The notes beneath the pieces are model-generated. The model had not been told where the DNA came from, did no database searches, and saw only the letters and a program-made list of their open reading frames with translations. Below are positions 29,249 to 38,000 of a stretch of DNA of 64,000 nucleotides, piece after piece. Source of the stretch: Spirochaetia bacterium. GTDB taxonomy: Bacteria; Spirochaetota; Spirochaetia; WTKD01; G963693115. The stretch spans positions 480,001-544,000 of the forward strand of contig CBDDCA010000005.1 in assembly GCA_965226055.1 (NCBI GenBank), written 5' to 3'. The translations under genes and the position numbers were made by a program. Each line of letters begins with the position of its first letter. The stretch's first letter is position 1.

Positions 29249-29568
29249 AGATACAGTATAACAAATATAATATATAAGGAGCAAAAAAATAGTGATTGAC
29301 AATAAAAACATAAAAATATGGTATAATATATCTATGAATAGTGGGGTGAGTAAAATGGATACTAAAAAAACTAAGAATACCTCTAGTAAAATCCCTTCTC
29401 TTAGTGTTAGCAAATATATGATAGCACAAGAAAACGCAAAAGAAAATACACAAAAAAAAATACCAAATTTTTTGAGGATTATAGTACCAAAAGTAATAAC
29501 CGCATTGTATACATGGCTTAAAAAATAATACCTACAATATAATACAAAAAGCATTCAATAATACTTAA

Positions 29569-30450
29569 CTAGAGTATTATCAAAAGAAATGCGAATGAGC
29601 AGAGTCCTACTATTACCCCGAAACGCAAAAATTTCCTTCCTTTAAAAAGCAAAATATCCTTTTTCTTTGCAATACCAAAACTCTCAGTTATTATATCTTT
29701 TTGTAATACTTTTATCATTTTTATTTTTGTCTTTATACTTCCCTTTCTATATAATTCATTCTTCAAAAATTCTTCAGGATTAAAGTACGGAAAACCCTTA
29801 CTTTCTATTGTTAATATAGTATAAAATTTCCACATTGACATTAGTATATATATACAAGAAATAAAAAAACATGATAGAAATAATGCAAACCACACTCTCT
29901 TTAGATTACCTAAATAAAATTCTTTATTTTGTTGTATTAGCTGCATCATGAATTCCATTGTTAGTATCTTACCTATTATCCATTTAATTCCCAATATTCC
30001 CAATATTCCCAATATTAGACAAATCAAAAAAACTATTGCTGCCACTATAAATCTCGAAAAGTCTTTATCTGAAATTGTTTCTTCTTTATCTTTTAGTGAA
30101 GATATAATATAAGTAATAGAAAGAATAACATAAGATACAAAACGAAATATAATAACAAGTACAACAAGTAATCCAATTACAAAGAATATATTACTCCAAT
30201 TAAATTTTAGCTGTGCCCATATATCCTTTATTTTTTGTGTCATATCTATTACCTCTGGTATCATCATCGCTATTAGTAGCATGCACCCTGTTAATAAAAA
30301 TATAGCTTTTGAATTATGCTTATCTGAGACTTTCCCTATACTATTAGTAAGTTTTACTGCATCATAGTGCATAAGGTTCAGTAGCTCAGTATCTTTTTCT
30401 AAACACTTCTCGTCTATATTGTCCCAATCTACTTCAATTTCTTCTTCCAT
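29569..30450 (-). CDS. Multi-TM membrane protein with PycTM/DUF5706-like terminal motifs
   Basis: Start MEEEIEVDWDNIDEK, sharing ~45 bp of upstream sequence with 29248; N-terminal SKAIFLL before TM1; C-terminal GIAKKK..L..G..FL..G before the last TM. Confidence 0.7.
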   Translation of the reverse strand: MEEEIEVDWDNIDEKCLEKDTELLNLMHYDAVKLTNSIGKVSDKHNSKAIFLLTGCMLLIAMMIPEVIDMTQKIKDIWAQLKFNWSNIFFVIGLLVVLVIIFRFVSYVILSITYIISSLKDKEETISDKDFSRFIVAAIVFLICLILGILGILGIKWIIGKILTMEFMMQLIQQNKEFYLGNLKRVWFALFLSCFFISCIYILMSMWKFYTILTIESKGFPYFNPEEFLKNELYRKGSIKTKIKMIKVLQKDIITESFGIAKKKDILLFKGRKFLRFGVIVGLCSFAFLLIIL

Positions 30451-30542
30451 AGATACAGTATAACAAATATAATATGTAAGGAGCAAAAAAAAGAGCAAAC
30501 ATATCTTTCTTTATTTACTATAATAAAGAAATAAAGATCTAT

Positions 30543-31676
30543 ATGCTAGCAGAAAAAGTGCTTATCTGTGCCGTAGTAAAAGATGTTGCTGCACAAATAA
30601 AAAATAATATTAAACATGCAATAAAAACAGGGCTTCACTTCTCTCAATACCATATTATTATTTATGAAAATAATTCGCAAGACAACACGAAAAATATTCT
30701 TAAACAATACACAGATAAACATATCAGTATTATAAGTGAGGATATAACAGATACCGAACTTTTACAACTGCAAGAACAGTATAATGATTTCCATAAAGGA
30801 AAACCAACAAGAATTGAACAAATATGCTTTGCACGTAATAAAGTACTACAAGAAATCAATCTTCCTAAATATAATCATTTTACTCATGTAATTTGGATTG
30901 ACATGGATGCAAAAAGCTGGTCTATAGAAGGAATACTCAGCTCTTTTGAAAAAAAGAACATTTGGGATGTAGTATATGGAAACAGCTATCCATATTACGA
31001 TTACTTTGCTTTACGTTTACAGCACAATTCTTTCCTTAGTTTAGGGCCAGAAATTATGGGCGAAAGATGGTGGAAAGAATTAGACACAACAAAATTGGTA
31101 TGTAACAAAACCTCTCCATTTCATCCACGCATACAAACAGCAGAGCCTATTATGAACAATCAAAAGATAAATCAAATAAAAAAACAAAAAAAAATATCTT
31201 CTGTTCCACTAGAAAAAAACACACAAAAACAAGATCTTATCCCTGTACTTTCTGCATTTAACGGAATAGGAATATTTAAGAAAGATATTTTTAAGCAGTT
31301 TTCGTATCATTACCTTATCACTGATGATGTAAAACATATATATCGAAATTACATTCATTCAGAAACATATAAAAAATATCAATACAATATTGAACATCAC
31401 GATACCTACGCCTCTAAAAATGAAAAAGATACAAAAAGTAACATTGTATGGAAATATCGAGAATCAGATAAACCTATAGTATGTGAACATGTCCCTCTTA
31501 ATTTTTCCCTTATCAAACATCATTACAAAATATATATCAATCCATATATGACATATACCAAATATGTATCCTTAAAAACTAAAGTGCATAACAGCTTTCT
31601 ATTACTCACTATACTGCTAAGAAAAGGCATAGTATGTATAAGAATACTCTTTTCTATTTTTAAGAAAAAAAAATAA
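30543..31676 (+). CDS. GT-A glycosyltransferase, CAP59/GT69-like
   Basis: YENNSQDNT, R......ARN, IWIDMD (DxD), YYD.FALR, PV.SAFNG..IFK, CEHV, IYINP. Confidence 0.75.
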   Translation: MLAEKVLICAVVKDVAAQIKNNIKHAIKTGLHFSQYHIIIYENNSQDNTKNILKQYTDKHISIISEDITDTELLQLQEQYNDFHKGKPTRIEQICFARNKVLQEINLPKYNHFTHVIWIDMDAKSWSIEGILSSFEKKNIWDVVYGNSYPYYDYFALRLQHNSFLSLGPEIMGERWWKELDTTKLVCNKTSPFHPRIQTAEPIMNNQKINQIKKQKKISSVPLEKNTQKQDLIPVLSAFNGIGIFKKDIFKQFSYHYLITDDVKHIYRNYIHSETYKKYQYNIEHHDTYASKNEKDTKSNIVWKYRESDKPIVCEHVPLNFSLIKHHYKIYINPYMTYTKYVSLKTKVHNSFLLLTILLRKGIVCIRILFSIFKKKK

Positions 31677-31687
31677 ACATACATATA

Positions 31688-31716
31688 TTGCCACATTTTA
31701 CCGCTTACTATATACT
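31688..31716 (+). promoter_or_regulatory. Sigma70 promoter, probably leaderless
   Basis: TTGCCA-17 nt-TATACT, then 6 nt, then ATG 31723. Confidence 0.75.
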
Positions 31717-31722
31717 GTTGTT

Positions 31723-31959
31723 ATGGAGAAAAGTAATAAAAAACATGCTCTCATAGAACTAGTAGGAGCAACCTGTACCTCATGTGCTATTGGAATTGAG
31801 CATATGGCACAAAGGCTTCCTGGTATTGAAGATGTCTGGGTAGATAAACAAGCAAGCTGCATCCATATTGATTACGATGGTAATTTTGAAGAATTAGAAA
31901 AAATTTGTCATTTTGTTCATACTATTGGATATCAAGCAAATATAATACAAACAAGCTAA
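31723..31959 (+). CDS. Heavy-metal-associated (HMA/CopZ-like) domain protein
   Basis: GATCTSC CxxC motif, 78 aa, C-terminal GY. Confidence 0.85.
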   Translation: MEKSNKKHALIELVGATCTSCAIGIEHMAQRLPGIEDVWVDKQASCIHIDYDGNFEELEKICHFVHTIGYQANIIQTS

Positions 31960-32020
31960 ACTCTGAAATTATTCTTCAGCTACTATATCACTCTTAACAG
32001 TATATGCTCTTTTTATACAA

Positions 32021-32059
32021 AGAGAACCTATCATCTTACATAAGATGATTAGGTTCTCT
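32021..32059. terminator. Bidirectional terminator-like hairpin between convergent genes
   Basis: AGAGAACCTATCATCTTA-CA-TAAGATGA(T)TAGGTTCTCT. Confidence 0.8.
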
Positions 32060-32094
32060 CCTTTTGTAAAGACTGTAAAACTATATGTCTTACC

Positions 32095-35000
32095 CTACCG
32101 AGATGTAGTAGGACCTTTGTATGTCCCTCCTGCCCAATCTGGCACCTTACTATTTTTCTCTAAATCAGTCCCCTTAAAAGCATTTGAGGTAGTAGGGCTC
32201 GATCCTAAATGAACATTCCATTCATATATATCCTGATTAAAATCGTTAGCTCCTTCTAATATACTCGTAATATCATTCGTTCCTTCTATTGCCCAGCCTG
32301 ATATATCTTGATTAAATGCTATTGCTTCCTTAAGCATTTCTCTGATATCCGTAACTTTCCTTACATCCCACTTTGTTATATCTCCATTAAATACAATATT
32401 TCTCCGAAACATACCATTCATATTTGTAACTTTACTTATATCCCAGCTTGATATATCTCCATTAAATTTCGAAGTATGAAACATCTTTTTCATATTAGTA
32501 ACATTTCCTACCTGCCAATACAATATGCCTCCATTTTTGCCTGTAAAAACAGATTTTTCGAACATAGCCTCCATATTCGTTACTTTACTTACATCCCAGC
32601 CCGATATATCCCCATTAAATGCACCTGTTGGTCCCACACCTGATTGACCAAACATAAGTTTCATATTTGTAACGTTTCCCACTTTCCAATCCGAAATATC
32701 TTGATTAAACGCTACTGCTATGAAAAACATAGCCTCCATATTTGTTACTTTACTTACATCCCAGCCTGATATATCCCCATTAAATGCACTTGCTCCTGCA
32801 AACATATAACTCATATCTGTCACTTTACTTACATTCCATTGTGATACATCTCCATTAAACTGTGAATCTTCAAACATACGACTCATATTTGTCACCTTAC
32901 TTGTATCCCAGCCTGATATATCCCCATTAAAATTTCTCAGATTACGATCATTAAATACTCTGCTCATATCCGTAATATTGCCTGTATAAATGACATTCAA
33001 ATCTGCACTGTTATTATCAGGTATATTATCACTATCGGTATCCATCACTGTTTTTATATTTTCTATCAACCTTGCTTTATTTGTTGGATAATACTTATAC
33101 TTATTCACTTGCATAGTAAATTCTTTTGTAGCCTTTTTTCCTACATATACACTGTTTCCAGTAAACACAATAGTATATTTTTTAGGCAACAATAATTTTA
33201 TAGAAGTTCCACTTATAGTACCATTTGTTGCATCAAAGGCCAATCCTGTATCTGCAGTAAATGTACTTGGCTCTATACTATATGTTCCTGTTGCATTAAA
33301 GATACTAGTACCAGTATTGCTTAGCGTAATACTAACATTCTTCTGCCCTACTACTACGGTAAATGATGATGAAACAGCTCCCTTGTATGTCTGAGACAAT
33401 GTATATATCCAGTCTGGTATTTTTTCATCAGAGAGAATGTATCCATTATTATTTTGATTATTAAACATATCCTCTGTTCTCACTTTCCTTCCTGCCATAT
33501 GTTCTCCCCATGCATCTAAATTTTGATCAAACGCTGTTGCTTCTCGAAACATTGAATGCATACCAGTTACTCTATCAACTGCCCAGCCTGATATATCTTG
33601 ATTAAACGCATCTGCTTTATAAAACATACCATTCATATCTGTAACTTTACTTACATCCCAGCCCGATATATCGCCATTAAATTTAGATTCCCCAAACATC
33701 TCTTCCATATCCGTAACATTACTTACATCCCAACCTGATATATTTCCATCAAAATTTCTCAATGCACTATCATGAAATACTTCATTCATATCTGTTATAT
33801 CACCTGTATATATGACATTCAAATCCGCATTATTATTATTAGGACTTCCATCATTGTTGGTATCCATCACATCCTTTATTGCTATCAATAATTGTGTTCT
33901 ACTATTAGGATAATAACTATATGTATTGGCAAGCTGCACTATCTCTATAGTAAACTCTTTAGATGCAATTTTTCCATTATATACACCATTTCCTGTAAAT
34001 TTGATAGCATATGTTTTACGAGACAATGCTTTGTTAGGGACACCACTTATTGTGCCATTTTGCGCATTAAGCTGTAATCCTGTGTCTATAGTAAATGTAC
34101 TTGGCTCTATACTATATGTTCCTGTCGCATCAAAAGTGCTAACACCAGTATTACTCAATGTAATATTCGTATTTCTTTGCCCTACTCCTATTTTGAATGA
34201 GGAAACAACAGCTCCTAGATATGTCTGCGAAAATGTATATACCCAACCTGGCATTTTTTCTTTAGAGAGAATGTACCCATTATTATCTCGATTACTCAAT
34301 ATATTTGTTATATTTACTTTCCTTCCTGCTATATGCTCTCCCCAGGCGTCTAAATTTTGATTAAATGCTGCTGCTCCTTGAAACATTGACTCCATAGTAG
34401 TCACACTATCAACTGCCCACCTTGATATATCTTGATTAAAAGTGCTTGTAAAACCAAACATCGCTTTCATGCTGGTAACATTACTTACGTCCCAGCCTGA
34501 TATATCCCCATTAAATGAATCTGCACCAATGAACATACTTTCCATATCTATAACATTCCCTACATCCCAACCCGATATATCCTGATTAAATGAATCTGCA
34601 CCAGCAAACATACTTTCCATATTTGTGACATTCTTCACATCCCAGCCTGATATATCTCCATTAAATGAATCTGCATCTAAAAACATACTTTCCATATTTT
34701 TGACATTCCCTACATCCCAGCTTGATATATCGCCATTAAAATTATTTAATGCTCTGGTATAAAATACTCTACTCATATCTGTTATATCCCCTGTATAAAT
34801 ACTTTTTAAGTCTGCCGTATTACCATCAGGGGTTCCATCACCATCGCCATCTGCAGCCATCACCGTTTTTATCACTGTTATCAAATCTTCTTTCGTTACT
34901 GGAAAATACTTGTATGTATATGTACCACTTTTATCATCCACTTGCATAGCAAACAGAATTGTAGCTCTTTTTCCAGCATATGCACCACTCCCTGTAAATG

Positions 35001-38000
35001 TAATAGTATAGTTTTTACGAGACAATGCTATCGTTGATGTACCACTGATAGCTCCACTACTTGTATCAAATACCAATCCTGTATCGGCAGCAAAGGTACT
35101 TGGCTCTATACTATACGATCCTGTTGCATTAAAAGTACTAACACCAGCATTATTCAGCGTAATATTTACTGACCGTCCTTTCAATAAAAGAAATAAGTGA
35201 GAACTTCTCCCTTGATAGGTCTGAGAAAGTGCATACCTCCATGTTGGTACCTTTACATCAGGTAAAATAATTCCATTCCCTGCTGTATTCTTAAATATAT
35301 TTGCTATATTTACTGTTCTTCCTGCCATATGTTCTCCCCATGCATCCAAATCTTGATCAAACGCTGCTGCTCCAGTAAACATATTCTGCATAGTAGTTAC
35401 ACTATCAACTGCCCAGCTTGATATATCTTGATTAAAGGAAGTTGCTTGATAGAACATATAGCTCATATTAGTCAGATTGCTTACATTCCAGCTTGATATA
35501 TCCTGATTAAACGCTGTTGCATTACCAAACATACCAGCCATATTTGCAACCTTACTTACATTCCAGCCTGATATATCCCCATTAAACTTACTCGCATTAA
35601 ACATATCTCGCATATTTGTAACTTTGCCTACATCCCAATTTGTTATGTCTCCGTTTTCCCCTGTAAACTTACTTGCATTAAACATATTTCGCATATTTGT
35701 AACCTTACTTACGTCCCAGCCTGATATATCTCCATTAAAATTTCTCAAGGAAGCATCATTAAATACTCCATTCATATCTGTTATATCCCCTGTATAAATA
35801 CTATTTAAGTCTGCTGTATTACCATCAGGGGTTCCATCACCATCGCTATCCGCAGCCATCACCGTTTTTATATTTGCTATTAACTCTGCTTTATCTGTAG
35901 GTTGATAACTATACTTCCCTGCTACTATGGTCATACTAAAAGGAATCTTATAGCTCTTTCCTGCGTAATCTCCTGTTCCACGAAAGGTAAGTGTATATGT
36001 TTTTTTACTTTGCACTTTATTTGGACTCCCACTTATAGTTCCTGTATTTGTGTCTAATGTGAGTCCTATATCTGTCTGTATGTTAGGGGTTATAGTATAG
36101 TTTCCCGTTGCCGTAGCAGGATACTTTTTCTTTACCGTTATCGTACCATTATCTTCTATGGCAGTTCCTACTACTCCATCTATAATATTGCTTTCATTTC
36201 CATCAACAGTAAGGACAAAATCATAGAGCCATGTAGGTATCTTACTTTCGGAAAATATCAAACCACTATTATCTGATGTATTGAATATTCCTTTTGTACT
36301 CACTGTTCGTCCGATCATATGCTCTCCCCATGCGTCCAAATTTTTATCAAACGCTGTTGCTCCTTGAAACATGCTGTTTACATTGACAACACTCTCTATG
36401 TCCCAATCCGATATATCCTGATTAAAGGCTTCTGCTTCACCAAACATCCAATCCATAGTGACCACTTTACTAACATTCCAAGCTGATATATCCTGATCAA
36501 ATACTGTGTTTTTATAGAACATCAATCTCATACTAGTAACATTAAGAACATCCCATCCAGTTATATCCTTGTTATATGATGTTTCTCGAAACATTTCGTT
36601 CATAGTGGTAACACTCCTTACATCCCAGCCTGATATATCCCCAACATATGATGACTTCCTAAACATATCATTCATATTTTCTACATTCCCTACATCCCAA
36701 TTTGTTATATCTCCATTTTCCCCTGTAAACTTTGATTCCTCAAACATACTGCTCATGTTTGTCACATTCTTTACATCCCAGCCCGATATATCGCCATTAA
36801 AATCTCTCAAGTCACTATCATAAAATACCCCACTCATATCTTTTATGTACCCTGTATATATAACATTCAAATCAGCACTGTTATCATTAGGACTATCATC
36901 ATTATTGGTATCCATTACTGTTTTTATATTTGCTATTAACTGTGCTTTTGTCTTAGGAAAATACGTCTTACTGCTTACATCACGTATTGTTATACTGAGA
37001 GTAGTACTTTTTCGTTTCCCTGCATAATCACCATTTCCTACAAAGGTTATAGTATACTCTTTTGTAAGCAATGCTTTCGTGGAGCTACCACTTATCGTTC
37101 CTGTATTTGCATCAAACGCTAATCCTGTATCTGCTACAAATGTATCGGGAGTTATACTGTATGTTCCTGTTGCTTCTGTTGGAGTTCTTTCAATAGACAA
37201 AGCAATATTTGTATCATACGTAGTAAATACTCTCTCACTTACAGTCACGTTATTGTCTTGATACCTAAGAGTATAGAGCCATGTAGGAATACGTACACCA
37301 GATATTTGAGAATCTTTGAATATATCGGTAGTATTTATGGTTCTTCCTGACAAATGCTCGCCCCATGCTTCTAAATCTTTATCAAATACTGTTGCTCCTT
37401 CAAACATTGACTCCATATTAGTAACATTACTTACATCCCATTTTGATATATCCCTAGTAAATTTCGAATCACGAAACATATTCTCCATATCAGAAACATT
37501 ACTTACATCCCAACCCGATATATCCCCAGTAAATTGTGAGCTACGAAACATATTAGCCATCACAGTTACTTTACTTACATCCCAGCCTGATATATCCTCA
37601 TTAAATTGCGAGTCACGAAACATACCAAACATATCTACAACATTATTTACCTTCCAGTTTGATATATCGCCAGTAAATTGACTGTTTTGAAACATACTAG
37701 TCATATTTACAACATTACTTACATCCCATTTTGATATATCGCCATTAAATTCCGATCCACGAAACATACTATCCATATTTGCAACATTACTTACCTTCCA
37801 GTTTGATATATCGCCATTAAATTGCGAGTCACGAAACATACTATCCATATCTTTGACATTACTCACATCCCATTTTGATATATCTCCAGTAAATAATTTC
37901 GTATTGAAAAACATAGCACTCATATCTGTAACATTCCCTACATCCCAACTTGATATATCGCCATTAAATTCCGATCCATGAAACATACTATCCATTACAG

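Noticed and set aside
29249-29554. 102-aa hydrophobic N-terminal extension of the 28628 ORF
   Set aside because: The duplicated promoter block and homology with the paralog start point to ATG 29248. The extension could be a separate remnant but is unsupported.
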